Shown here in pieces: positions 1 to 9,227 of a DNA stretch of 64,000 bases. The stretch is from Armatimonadota bacterium (lineage in GTDB: Bacteria > Armatimonadota > UBA5829 > JAUSEB01), in the NCBI GenBank assembly GCA_030649165.1, contig JAUSGG010000162.1, positions 3 through 64,002 on the forward strand. Direction: 5' to 3'. The notes below the pieces were generated by a model. The model did no database searches. It saw only the letters and a list, made by a program, of their open reading frames with translations, and was not told the DNA's origin. The position numbers and the translations under genes are program-made. The first letter of the stretch is position 1; each line of letters opens with the position of its first letter.

Positions 1-1435
1 CAGAGCGATAATGTCCCCATGGAAAGAAGGGACACAGGGATCAGTCAGAGAGATTTGAGCCGTCATCATGTGCTCAGGATGGTGTTAGAGAACAAGTTAG
101 CCCTGAGCGAAGCAGCGAGGACGCTGGGTGTGAGCTACCGTCATGCGAAGCGGTTGAGAAAGAAGCTGTTGGAGGGAGGGGTGTCAGGGTTGTTGCATGG
201 CAATTTGAGGCGGGACCCCGCCAACAAGACTTCTGAGGAGTTGAAGTCTAGGGTATTGGCTTTGTCGACAGAGAAGTATAAGGATTTCAATGACAGCCAC
301 TTCTTTGAGATGCTACGTGATGTCGAGGGGATAGAAGTATCTCGTGAGACAGTGCGAGCGATCCGCCGTGGCGAAGGGATCAAGCCGAAGGTGAAGCGCA
401 AGCCCAGAAAGCATCACAAGCGGCGTCCACGTAAGGAATCTGAGGGTTTGATGATGCTGTGGGACGGCAGCCCGCACCGCTGGTTTGGCGAAGGAACTCA
501 GCCTTGCTGTCTAATGGCGGCGATAGATGACGCCAGGAGTAAGGCTCTGGCCTTGTTTTTTGTGGACGCTGAACGTTCCTGGGCTTACCTGGAGTTGCTT
601 CGGAGGGTCACGTCGAGCTATGGCGTTCCATCCAGTGTATACCAGGACAGGCATTCATCGCTCAAGAGGAACGATAGCTTCTGGAGCATTGAAGAGGAAC
701 TGGCCGGAAGGCAGGACCCGACGCAGGTCGGGGCTGCGCTTGAGGCCCTAGGCATAGAGCCAATATTCGCCGTAACTCCGCAGGCTAAGGGACGAGTAGA
801 GAGGTTGTTCAAGACGCTGCAGGACCGGCTGGTAGCGATGCTGAGGTTAGAGGGCATCACGGACATCGAACAAGCGAACGCCTATATCCAGGAGTTCTTC
901 TTGGACTACTTCAACAACAAGTTCGCGGTGGCGGCCGAAAACACACAGAATGCTTGGCGTAAGCTTCCCAAGAGCCTGGACATGGAACGTGTTCTGTCAC
1001 TACGCTACGACGCGACTGTAGGTAATGACAACGCCATCAGGTTTGCGGGTATGGTCATAGACATCGAGCCAGGGCCAAACAAAAGGAGCTACGCTGGGGT
1101 TAGAGCTGAACTCAGACAGACGCTGGACGGCGGCTGGAGAGTTTACCACCAGGACAAGCTCATAGCAATGGCCCCACCAACTGAGATCGTGGAGCCCATC
1201 CGAACCAGAAACCGGCGGAAAGGCGTCAAGGCCGCTCACGACTCTAACTGGGTGTATCTCTCGTCTGCGCAGCCACGGCAAGACGAAACTTACCACGCAA
1301 CAGCGCGGACCGCAAAAGGAACAGCTCGGCGAGCCGGAAACGGATCCAGGATCGGCGCAACTAGGATAGCTTGACAGACATTAAGGGGACATTTTCGCTC
1401 TGCAATAGAGGGGACATAATCGCTCGGCAATAACA
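1..1435 (+). mobile_element. IS1202-group (ISNCY) insertion sequence, left end cut by window edge
   Basis: CAGAGCGATAATGTCCCC at 1-18 is the near-exact reverse complement of GGGGACATTTTCGCTCTG (1385-1402). A second sub-terminal copy lies at 1410-1427 and the element ends in ACA at 1435. Confidence 0.8.
19..1374 (+). CDS. DDE transposase (ISNCY/IS1202-IS481-like, rve core with N-terminal HTH)
   Basis: HTH AARTLGVSYRHAKRL; catalytic motifs LWDGSPH, VYQDRH and PQAKGRVERLFKTLQDRL. Confidence 0.92.
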   Translation: MERRDTGISQRDLSRHHVLRMVLENKLALSEAARTLGVSYRHAKRLRKKLLEGGVSGLLHGNLRRDPANKTSEELKSRVLALSTEKYKDFNDSHFFEMLRDVEGIEVSRETVRAIRRGEGIKPKVKRKPRKHHKRRPRKESEGLMMLWDGSPHRWFGEGTQPCCLMAAIDDARSKALALFFVDAERSWAYLELLRRVTSSYGVPSSVYQDRHSSLKRNDSFWSIEEELAGRQDPTQVGAALEALGIEPIFAVTPQAKGRVERLFKTLQDRLVAMLRLEGITDIEQANAYIQEFFLDYFNNKFAVAAENTQNAWRKLPKSLDMERVLSLRYDATVGNDNAIRFAGMVIDIEPGPNKRSYAGVRAELRQTLDGGWRVYHQDKLIAMAPPTEIVEPIRTRNRRKGVKAAHDSNWVYLSSAQPRQDETYHATARTAKGTARRAGNGSRIGATRIA

Positions 1436-1551
1436 CAGGGAGTTGATGGTTGAGGGTTCCAGGGTTCCAGGGTTCCAGGGTTCTAAGGGGTTGAGGGTTG
1501 GCGGAGGGGCGGCCTACCGCGGAAACCCTACACACTTACAAACCTACAAAC

Positions 1552-2604
1552 CTATGAGCCTAATCTTACAGCGCAGGCGGGTTCCCGGCCGGATTTCTCG
1601 TAGTACCGCTGGTGGTACTCCTCCGCCGGGTAGAACTCAGCAGCCGGGCCGATCTCGGTGACGATTTTGTCTTTGAACCGCTTCGACTTCTCCAACTCGG
1701 CTTTGGACTCCTCGGCCAGCCTTCGCTGCTCGGGTGTGTGGTAGAAGATCGCCGAACGGTATTGAGAGCCTACGTCCGGCCCCTGTCTGTGGTACGTCGT
1801 AGGGTCGTGTATCTCCCAGAAGACCTTGAGTAAATCACTATAGCTGATCTTTGACGGATCGTACGTCACTTCGACGGCCTCGGCGTGCCCGGTCGTGTGG
1901 GAACAAACGTCCTCGTAAGTCGGGTTCTTGGCATGACCGCCGGTGTAACCGACCCGGGTGGACAACACTCCCTTGCTCAGTAACTGTCGGAAGGACGCCT
2001 CGATCCCCCAGAAGCATCCGGCGGCGAATGTGGCCTTCTCGGATTTGGCCCGGGCATTGGCCTCCACCAGTTTCAATGCGACGGAATTGATGCAGTAACG
2101 TTTGCCGGTGGGGGGTGGACCGTCATCAAAGACGTGTCCGAGGTGCGCGCCGCAGCGGGCGCAAAGGACTTCCGTGCGCTGCCGTCCGAGGCTATTATCG
2201 GACTCATACTTCGCGTTCAGGTCCGAGACCGGCTGCCAGAAGCTGGGCCAGCCCGTGCCGGATTCGAACTTCTTGTCGTACTTGAATAGGTCGGTTCCGC
2301 AGCCGACGCATTTGTATATGCCGACCTTGCCGTGCGCCGGGACCGAGCAAGTGTTGACAAACGGCGCCTCGGTACCTTTGAGTCGAGTGACCTCGAACTG
2401 CTCCGGCGTGAGGAGTTTCTTCCACTCTTCGTCGGTCTTCCGTACCGGCTTGACCTTCTCGACCTGTCCCGTTTCAGCGTTGAATATGTTTATCATCTCT
2501 GCTTTGCCGCCCCCTTTGGCGTAAGTGTGCCTGTCAGATGCCGCCCAGACAATGAGACCGGCGACCGCAATTGCCGCCGTAATGAGAAGTATACTCTTGC
2601 GCAT
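1552..2604 (-). CDS. msrAB: Bifunctional peptide methionine sulfoxide reductase MsrB-MsrA with N-terminal signal/anchor
   Basis: MsrB motifs [18 protein letters not shown] and RYCINS, followed by MsrA motifs GCFWG, GHAEAV, QYRSAIF and AEEYHQRY; hydrophobic N-terminus. Confidence 0.93.
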   Translation of the reverse strand: MRKSILLITAAIAVAGLIVWAASDRHTYAKGGGKAEMINIFNAETGQVEKVKPVRKTDEEWKKLLTPEQFEVTRLKGTEAPFVNTCSVPAHGKVGIYKCVGCGTDLFKYDKKFESGTGWPSFWQPVSDLNAKYESDNSLGRQRTEVLCARCGAHLGHVFDDGPPPTGKRYCINSVALKLVEANARAKSEKATFAAGCFWGIEASFRQLLSKGVLSTRVGYTGGHAKNPTYEDVCSHTTGHAEAVEVTYDPSKISYSDLLKVFWEIHDPTTYHRQGPDVGSQYRSAIFYHTPEQRRLAEESKAELEKSKRFKDKIVTEIGPAAEFYPAEEYHQRYYEKSGREPACAVRLGS

Positions 2605-2634
2605 TCCTGCAATACCCCATTAAGACGCTTCGCC

Positions 2635-2671
2635 TCCTTCGGCAGCGGCGCTGCGCTCTGCTACCGAAGGA
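2635..2671. repeat. ~38 bp imperfect palindrome, copy 1 of 3
   Basis: TCCTTCGGCAGC...GCTACCGAAGGA; near-identical copies at 20504-20541 and 34541-34578. Confidence 0.85.
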
Positions 2672-2736
2672 TCGGAAGATGCAGATTTCAGATTACGGAT
2701 CGTAAACCGTCAACCGTTCGACTGACAACTGACAAC

Positions 2737-3651
2737 CTACTTCATCGCTTCTATGTATTTCTCGGCGGACATGGCGGCGATGGCGCCGTCCGCGCAGGCG
2801 GTGACGATCTGGCGAAGCGATTTCTGGCGGATATCGCCGGCGACGAATACACCGGGGACGGAGGTCCGCATGTTCTCATCGGCGATGATATAGCCGCTCT
2901 CATCGACGGCCACCTGTCCGCCCAGGAACGCGAGATTGGGCTCCGCGCCGATCAGAACGAACACGCCGTCAACGGGCAGATCGCTGATCTCATCGCTGAC
3001 GACGTTGCGAATCCGCAGATTCTGCACGGCGTGATTGCCTTCGATCTTCTCGACAACGGTGTTCCAGACGACTTCGATCTTGGGGTTGTTGAGGGCGCGC
3101 TCCTGAATGATCCTCGCCGCCCGAAACGCATCTCGGCGGTGGACAATACTGACTTTTCTGGCGTATCGCGTCAGGAAGATGGAGTCCTCGACGGCTGTGT
3201 CGCCGCCGCCGACCACCGCGAGGTCCTTGTCTTTGAAAAACGCCCCGTCGCAAGTGGCGCAGTAGGAGACTCCGCGGCCCTGCAACGCCTGCTCCCCAGG
3301 AACGTTCAGCTTGCGGGCGCTCGCGCCGGTGGCGATGATAACGGTCCTGGTCCGGCTCTCGCCCTCGCTCGTCACGATGACTCTTTCCGTGCCTGAGAAA
3401 TCCACGGACTCCACCTGGGCCAGCAGAGTTTCCATGCCGAACTTCTCGGCCTGCTCGCGCATCTGCGCCGAAAGCTCCGGCCCCGATACGCCGCTGGCGT
3501 ACCCGGGGTAGTTCTCGATGTGGTCGGAGATCATCAACTGACCGCCCGGGAACAGCTTTTCGATGAGTAAAGTTTCCAGCCTGGCCCGGGCCGCGTAGAT
3601 CGCTGCCGTCATCCCGCCCGGTCCACCGCCGATTATTATGACGTCGTGCGT
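2737..3651 (-). CDS. trxB: Thioredoxin-disulfide reductase
   Basis: CATC active site, GGGDTA NADPH motif, HRRD and TSVPGVFVAGD. The FAD motif HDVIIIGGGPGG lies in frame upstream of the ORF-track ATG (3612), so the start is placed at ACG 3651. Confidence 0.93.
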   Translation of the reverse strand, partial: THDVIIIGGGPGGMTAAIYAARARLETLLIEKLFPGGQLMISDHIENYPGYASGVSGPELSAQMREQAEKFGMETLLAQVESVDFSGTERVIVTSEGESRTRTVIIATGASARKLNVPGEQALQGRGVSYCATCDGAFFKDKDLAVVGGGDTAVEDSIFLTRYARKVSIVHRRDAFRAARIIQERALNNPKIEVVWNTVVEKIEGNHAVQNLRIRNVVSDEISDLPVDGVFVLIGAEPNLAFLGGQVAVDESGYIIADENMRTSVPGVFVAGDIRQKSLRQIVTACADGAIAAMSAEKYIEAMK

Positions 3652-3935
3652 CGCCGTGACTCCTCTCGCAGTGATTGCCAGTTAATTATACCATTCGTCC
3701 GGCCCGGCGGAAAAGCCCTGCGATTGGGAATGCGATTGGGAAAAGGAAGGTGGGGTTCAGGGAAGAACGCAGAACACAGATAAACACGGATGAACGGAGA
3801 CCCGGCGGTTGAAACCACGGCAACGACTACACGAAGTCGGCCTGCGCCGACTGCGGAGGGCGCGGTTTCGCGGAAACAAGGTCTTATTCTGTTGCGGAGA
3901 TAACTCTACCCTGAGTCGGCAATGGAGGTAACCAG

Positions 3936-4502
3936 ATGAGACGTTCCCCGGCCCTGTTGGGCGCAGTAGTCTTGATAGCGATATTCTCCGCGGCGTCGGT
4001 GCGGTTTCCGTTGGGATCGGCAAAGCCTGCCGGGAGTTCGACCGGCGGGGCGTGGCGGGTGTATTTCTCGCCGAGGGGCGGAGCGACGGCGGCGATCGTC
4101 AAAGCAATAGGCGGCGCGCGGCGGACGGTCCTGGCGCAGGCTTACTCGTTTACGTCCGCGCCGATCGCCAAAGCGCTGCTCAACGCGCACAAGAGGGGGG
4201 TCAAGGTTCAGGTCATCCTGGACGACAGCCAATTGACGCAGAAGTACTCCTCGGCGGTCTTTTTCCGCAATTCCGGGATACCGACCAGGATCGACTCGGC
4301 GCACGCCATTGCGCACAACAAGGTGATGGTTATCGACGGCGTGACGGTCATAACCGGCTCTTTCAACTTCACGCGGGCGGCGGAAGAGAGGAACGCGGAG
4401 AACGTTCTGATCGTGCGCGATAAGGCGCTGGCGGAGCGGTATACGAGCAATTGGAGGGCGCACGAGCGGCATTCGCGGGTGTACGGACGGCGGGGTGGGT
4501 GA
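3936..4502 (+). CDS. Phospholipase D family (Nuc-like) endonuclease, exported
   Basis: Single HKD motif HNKVMVID...GSFN, plus YFSP, AYSFT and NAEN; signal peptide; GGAGG RBS. Confidence 0.88.
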   Translation: MRRSPALLGAVVLIAIFSAASVRFPLGSAKPAGSSTGGAWRVYFSPRGGATAAIVKAIGGARRTVLAQAYSFTSAPIAKALLNAHKRGVKVQVILDDSQLTQKYSSAVFFRNSGIPTRIDSAHAIAHNKVMVIDGVTVITGSFNFTRAAEERNAENVLIVRDKALAERYTSNWRAHERHSRVYGRRGG

Positions 4503-4538
4503 TGGGTCGGCAGTCGGCGCCGCGACCAGATGGCCGGG

Positions 4539-4946
4539 CTATCGGTTCCATTGGCTCGCTCTTTCCTGGTCGCCGTGCGCGTGGTCATCAATCTCCGTGG
4601 AGGTGTTTCGCTTCGCCCAGCGCTTGGGCGGATCAGTAATGAGAAATGCGAGCGGGACCGCTATCATTAACACCATCACGGAATCTAGATGAATAGATAG
4701 GATCACGGACGCGCACGACAGAGCCGTGTACATAGCGATCAACCCGAACCAGGCCCAGCGCCGCCTTCTCAGTAGGCTCCAGTACAGCGCCACCATGGCA
4801 GCCGGGCCACCAATTCTGATCGAGTAATGCAGAAAAGGTGATCTGTACGTTGTGCTTACCGTGAAGATATCCGCGATTTCCACAACGAGCCCGCCGATAT
4901 ACAACACAAGGTAGACCCAGGACGACACCACCGTTCTCTTTTTCAT
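4539..4946 (-). CDS. Hypothetical membrane protein
   Basis: Four hydrophobic segments; no recognised motif. Confidence 0.55.
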   Translation of the reverse strand: MKKRTVVSSWVYLVLYIGGLVVEIADIFTVSTTYRSPFLHYSIRIGGPAAMVALYWSLLRRRRWAWFGLIAMYTALSCASVILSIHLDSVMVLMIAVPLAFLITDPPKRWAKRNTSTEIDDHAHGDQERASQWNR

Positions 4947-5034
4947 CTGTCACTCGTCTCCATCCGCAGGATTCCGAGACCTCGCTCGACTCCTTCGACT
5001 CTTTCGACTCCGCCGACTCATCCGACTCCTTTGC

Positions 5035-5733
5035 TCAGGGCTTCGGTCTTGGGGTGAAGGAGCGCAGATACATAACCAACGGCCAGCGGTGTTCGGGCAG
5101 GACGGTCTGGCTCATGACGGGGTCGTGGCCGGTCCCGCTCAGCATTCGGCGATACAGCTCGCCGTCGTTCATTGCCGCGATTGCTTGAGAGGATAGGTCC
5201 GTCGGTTTCGGGACGTAGCTTTGGCCGACGGGGCCGTCGCCGTCACCTTTTTCCCCATGGCACATCAGGCAATAGTAGCCGTAGTATATCTTGCCGTTCG
5301 CCAGGTTAACGGCGGTTGGCGGGACGGGGCTTTTCGCGAGTTTCGATTGCTGGGCGGTGAGGGTTTGCAGTGTTCCGGTGGTGGGCACGGAGCCGACGGG
5401 CTGCCGCGGCATTTGGATCTCGTAGGGTTTGATCGACCGCTGGATGTTCATGCGGGGGCCGCAGGAGGCGCAAAGGAGCGCGGCGGCGCAGGCGAGCAGG
5501 ATTCTGGTTGGGAGGCCGGCCGCGTTCCGGAAGATCGATATTGCGCGGCGTTGAGGACCTCCCCCTAACCCCCTCCTGGGAGGAGGGGGAACGACCTCTA
5601 TCTTCGCGGCGGGAGGACCTCCCCCTAACCCCCTCCTGAGAGGAGGGGGGACACCCCCTCTCCTTGTAGGAGAGGGTTGGGGTGAGGTCAACACGTCATT
5701 GAACTTGTGAAACGGAGCGCTAACGTGTCGCAT
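5035..5733 (-). CDS. actE: Monoheme cytochrome c lipoprotein, ActE-like
   Basis: Lipobox-like CASC followed by RMNIQRSIKPYE and PVGSVP; CLMCH heme motif; last gene of the ACIII operon; GGAGG RBS before ATG 5733. Confidence 0.72.
   Translation of the reverse strand: MRHVSAPFHKFNDVLTSPQPSPTRRGGVPPPLRRGLGGGPPAAKIEVVPPPPRRGLGGGPQRRAISIFRNAAGLPTRILLACAAALLCASCGPRMNIQRSIKPYEIQMPRQPVGSVPTTGTLQTLTAQQSKLAKSPVPPTAVNLANGKIYYGYYCLMCHGEKGDGDGPVGQSYVPKPTDLSSQAIAAMNDGELYRRMLSGTGHDPVMSQTVLPEHRWPLVMYLRSFTPRPKP
5555..5690. repeat. Three BoxC-like palindromic repeats inside the actE 5' coding region
   Basis: CCTCCCCCTAACCCCCTCCTGGGAGGAGGGGG twice, plus one inverted CCCTCTCCTTGTAGGAGAGGGTTGGGGTGAGG. Other family members lie near 9092, 9175, 12720, 15904, 20612, 25344, 33537, 34441, 36274, 40864, 41692, 48329, 55790, 61951 and 63645. 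Confidence 0.85.
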
Positions 5734-6043
5734 TCGGACCTCCGGGTGTCTTGCGGGGAAGGACGACCTGGTTTGGGACTCTGCCGCGAGGCGGCGGCTC
5801 CGAGGAGACGATCGACTCCGCGGGCACGTACGGCGTAACGCCGTACTTCCATTCAGCCGGCCTGTCGTGTATCAGGGCGTAGATCAGCAGGCACCAGACG
5901 ATAGTGGCGCCCGCGGTCAGCAGAGCGGCCGGCCAGCCTCCCACCCACCATCTCCGGAACGACGGATCCTGCGTCTGCTCAGGAATCTCCGGGTGGACGT
6001 CTTTCGGTACCTCGGGATGCTTATGATCGTGTGTCTCGGGCAT
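5720..6043 (-). CDS. Small single-TM membrane protein in the ACIII/cbb3 operon
   Basis: ATG 6043 overlaps the upstream TGA (TGATG); His-rich N-terminus; one TM helix. Confidence 0.65.
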   Translation of the reverse strand: MPETHDHKHPEVPKDVHPEIPEQTQDPSFRRWWVGGWPAALLTAGATIVWCLLIYALIHDRPAEWKYGVTPYVPAESIVSSEPPPRGRVPNQVVLPRKTPGGPNATR

Positions 6044-6309
6044 CAGTATGTCACTCCCGACAGCCAAATGTAGAGCACGTAGGCTATGGCGGATATGGTT
6101 ATGAACAGGTAGAACATAACCAACACGGGCGGGACCCCCGTGAAGACCTCGTGCAGGTTGGCCGGCAGTTCGACCTCCGGCAGTTCCTTTTCCTCTTTTC
6201 TGCTGTGGACCCAGTACAGGCCGGCGATCCACCAGCCCGCGAGAATGAGGCCGGCGGCGATTGCGATGGTGGCGACTATGTTTACGTATATCGGGTTGAG
6301 TTCCATCAC
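6043..6309 (-). CDS. Small two-TM membrane protein in the ACIII/cbb3 operon
   Basis: Two hydrophobic helices; tightly coupled to both neighbours. Confidence 0.7.
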   Translation of the reverse strand: MMELNPIYVNIVATIAIAAGLILAGWWIAGLYWVHSRKEEKELPEVELPANLHEVFTGVPPVLVMFYLFITISAIAYVLYIWLSGVTY

Positions 6310-6310
6310 A

Positions 6311-6616
6311 TCACCGGTTGTTGGTTATTAGTTGTTGGTTGTTGGTTGGCGACCGACGGGCGTTGGCGCCCAGCCAGACGGCGGCGGCCATGAGCGCGAA
6401 CGTGATCAGAAGAAGGCCGAGCCAGGTGTAACGGTCGATCCTGTTCGGCCTTCGGCCCGCGTCGCCGTGTTCGCGCAGATCGGCCGCGTTCAGCGCGATG
6501 TATCGCTGCCGGTCCAGTTCCGTGAACTGGCGGCTTCGCACGGCCCAAACAAAGACCGCGGAGAAGATTGTCGTTCCGACTATGGCGTACGCGATCCAGA
6601 TGTCCAGGAAGGTCAT
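6311..6616 (-). CDS. cbb3 oxidase maturation protein, CcoS/FixS-like
   Basis: FVWAVRSRQFTELD resembles the CcoS motif FxWAVKSGQFDDL; lies directly after ccoO. Confidence 0.6.
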   Translation of the reverse strand: MTFLDIWIAYAIVGTTIFSAVFVWAVRSRQFTELDRQRYIALNAADLREHGDAGRRPNRIDRYTWLGLLLITFALMAAAVWLGANARRSPTNNQQLITNNR

Positions 6617-7653
6617 GGGGCGACACTCCTCGATGGCGGTTCCGGCGCGGGCTGGTCCGTCACCGGACCGGCCTCTTTGCCTTCATAGGACGCCGGTATG
6701 CCGACGTCCGGGTATTTGTCGTCCGTGTGGCCAATGAAATTCCTCTCCAGGTAGTTCGACACGTCCCAAATCTTGGCCGACTCCAGGTCCTTTTTGAAGT
6801 AAGGCATAGCCGTGCCGGTTATGCCGTTCATGATCTGGTAGTACAGTATACCTCCGATGTACTTGCGGTCTATCAAGTGGCGTCTGAGCGTGGTGAAATT
6901 CACGGGCCGAGGCTCAAGGTAACGCGCGGCGGGGCCTTCACCGTCGCCCACCGGGCCGTGGCAGCCGATGCAGTAGTCCTGGTAGACCTTCTCGCCGCGC
7001 GCGACCGAGGCGTCGGTCACCGGACTCTCGGTTGGCATTGCCCGCCAACTCCGAGGCACGCGCGAGTGAAGCCATTCGATGTTCTCGTCCGGCCCTTTTC
7101 GATAGGCCGCGATGGCTTCGGCGTGGAAACGCTTCTGGGCGGCCACACGGGCGTCGGCGTTCTTGCCGCCGAGGCTTTGCATATAGGCGACCAGGGCTTT
7201 GATGTTTCGATCTCCCTCGAAGGCGAATCTCGGCATCAGCGAGCGCGGACGGGTGAACCGCGGATTGATGAAGTGCGCCAAGTGCCAATCGTCGGAGTGC
7301 TCGCCGCCCTCCTGTGAGAGATCGGGGCCGGTCCGTTCCGATCCGAGAAGGTGCGGCTGCTGCTGGTGGTAGTCGCCCGATTCGGCGATGCGTTCGGCCC
7401 CGATTCCCCAATCCTGCGGCCTGACGTACTGCGAATGGCAATACGTGCAGCCGTTTGCGATGTAGCGAAGGCGGCCCTCGTCCTCCAGCGTTCGATTCGG
7501 CCGCCACAGGGAAGACGGCTTATGCTTCATCGTGTAAACCGGCCATAGGACTGTTGCGAAGGTCGCCGCGACGAGCACGAGCATGCTCCCCGCGACGATC
7601 ACAGCCGCGGGCGAACCGACAAATGCCCTGGTTTTGGTCCACAGAGCGCTCAT
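6613..7653 (-). CDS. ccoO: cbb3-type cytochrome c oxidase subunit II fused to an extra cytochrome c domain
   Basis: GCTYCHSQYVR, LGSERTGPDL and SLMP are CcoO motifs; second heme CIGCH with distal GTAMP. Confidence 0.88.
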   Translation of the reverse strand: MSALWTKTRAFVGSPAAVIVAGSMLVLVAATFATVLWPVYTMKHKPSSLWRPNRTLEDEGRLRYIANGCTYCHSQYVRPQDWGIGAERIAESGDYHQQQPHLLGSERTGPDLSQEGGEHSDDWHLAHFINPRFTRPRSLMPRFAFEGDRNIKALVAYMQSLGGKNADARVAAQKRFHAEAIAAYRKGPDENIEWLHSRVPRSWRAMPTESPVTDASVARGEKVYQDYCIGCHGPVGDGEGPAARYLEPRPVNFTTLRRHLIDRKYIGGILYYQIMNGITGTAMPYFKKDLESAKIWDVSNYLERNFIGHTDDKYPDVGIPASYEGKEAGPVTDQPAPEPPSRSVAP

Positions 7654-9092
7654 GGGTTAATCGGCTCCCCTTTGCGGAACGTCATGAGCACGTTGTACAC
7701 GCCGACAAACGCGCCGGTGATGATCATAAGTCCGCCCGCCAATCGAAGCGTCATGTAGGGCTTCATCTGCGGAACCGTGCGGTAAACGGTGGCGCCGTTC
7801 AACCAGTCCTGTCCCTGGATCAGCCCCGCGATCGTCAGGACGATGAAGAAATCGAGCAGTCCGAGCAGGATGAGCCAGTATTGAATGTTGATCAGTTTTT
7901 CGCTGTAGACCCTGCGCCCGGTCACGTACGGCAGCACGTAGTACATTCCGCCAAGAGCTATGAACCCGGTGAATCCCAGGACGGCGATGTGCGCGTGGCC
8001 GACGACCCAGTTGTTGAAGTGCGTGACCCTCTGCACGACTGCCAGCGACTGCAACGGCCCCTGAATGCAGACGATAGCGTACCATATCGTTCCTACGAGC
8101 ATCAGCTTGGCTGACGGGTTCGTCAGAAATCTGCCGAACCTTCCTCGCGCGGTGTACCACTGGTTGACCAGAACGGTCGCGACGGGGAGCATCATAGCGA
8201 AGCTGTCTATTATGGAGACGGTCTTCAGCCAGGTGGGTATCGGCGCCTGGATCAGGTGGTGCGCGCCGATGTGCGTGTAGAAGAGCAGCAGCGACCAGAA
8301 ACCGATGATCGATAGCGCCTGACTGTAGAGCGGCGCGCCGGCGATGCGCGGGAACATATAGTAGGCAATCCCGACCGCGAGAGGCGTGACGAGGAGCCCG
8401 AACACGTTGTGCCCGTAGAACCACAGGAAAATGGCGTCGGTGATTCCTGTCTCCGCGCCGGTTGCCGGATGCCACATCACGTTGCCGAGAGGATACATGA
8501 AAACGGTCCATACTATGGCGCCGGCGAAATACCAGGACGACACATAAAGAAGCTGCTCGTTGCGGCGAACGAGGGTCATAACCATGTTCACCGCCACCAT
8601 TACCAGGGCGATTACGAGCAATACGTCCGCGGGGAAGATATACTCGGCGTATTCCCGACCCTGGGTGTAGCCCGCCATAAGCCCGATGTCACCGAGGACG
8701 ACGCCGGCGTTGAAGAACAACGCGGCGAGGTTCGCCAAAGGCTCGCTGAACAGTTTCGTGGCCAGCACGCGCGGCATTATGTACAGCGCGCAGCCGATCA
8801 GCATCTGGACGACGAAGCCGAAGAGCACGGTGTTGACGTGGACCTGGCGTATGCGCCCGAACTCCAGCCACGGAATGTTGGCGAAGAAGTCGGGCGCGAC
8901 CAGGTGTATGGCGCTGCCGAGCCCGGCGAGCGTTCCGATCGCCATCCACACGGCCCCACCGGCCAGCCAGACTCTGGCCGAACTGTATTCTTTTTCCCAG
9001 AACCGCCCTTCGGGCATTGGTCTGCCTTTCGTGTGCTTCGGGACGAAAAGCGGGTCCCGAAGCATAAACGTTCGCTCCTGCCTTACGTTCAA
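7650..9092 (-). CDS. ccoN: cbb3-type (C-family) heme-copper oxidase subunit I
   Basis: FGRIRQVHVN, WFYGHN, helix VII YTHIGAHH and WVVGHAH provide the six His ligands and the C-family cross-link Tyr. Confidence 0.9.
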   Translation of the reverse strand: MNVRQERTFMLRDPLFVPKHTKGRPMPEGRFWEKEYSSARVWLAGGAVWMAIGTLAGLGSAIHLVAPDFFANIPWLEFGRIRQVHVNTVLFGFVVQMLIGCALYIMPRVLATKLFSEPLANLAALFFNAGVVLGDIGLMAGYTQGREYAEYIFPADVLLVIALVMVAVNMVMTLVRRNEQLLYVSSWYFAGAIVWTVFMYPLGNVMWHPATGAETGITDAIFLWFYGHNVFGLLVTPLAVGIAYYMFPRIAGAPLYSQALSIIGFWSLLLFYTHIGAHHLIQAPIPTWLKTVSIIDSFAMMLPVATVLVNQWYTARGRFGRFLTNPSAKLMLVGTIWYAIVCIQGPLQSLAVVQRVTHFNNWVVGHAHIAVLGFTGFIALGGMYYVLPYVTGRRVYSEKLINIQYWLILLGLLDFFIVLTIAGLIQGQDWLNGATVYRTVPQMKPYMTLRLAGGLMIITGAFVGVYNVLMTFRKGEPINP

Positions 9093-9227
9093 CCCTCACC
9101 CCATCCCTCTCCCTTCCAGGGAGAGGGGGTTTCTGTCCCGCGCGTCTGCCCGTGAACCGTCAACCGTCAACCCGCTCCCTCCCCATTCAGGGGAGGGTCG
9201 GGGTGGGGTCCAACCATCAACCAACAG

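Noticed and set aside
1552-3651. Selenocysteine in MsrA, MsrB or TrxB, given that selB is present
   Set aside because: The catalytic positions are Cys codons (GCFWG, RYCINS, CATC) and there is no in-frame UGA.
3936-4502. PLD nuclease as a DISARM DrmC or other defence component
   Set aside because: It has a signal peptide and no helicase or methylase neighbours, so it fits a stand-alone Nuc-like protein.
7650-9092. Nitric oxide reductase instead of an oxidase
   Set aside because: It has the cbb3-type GHN motif and helix VII Tyr, lacks the NOR HLWVEG motif, and has CcoO, CcoS-like and CcoI neighbours.
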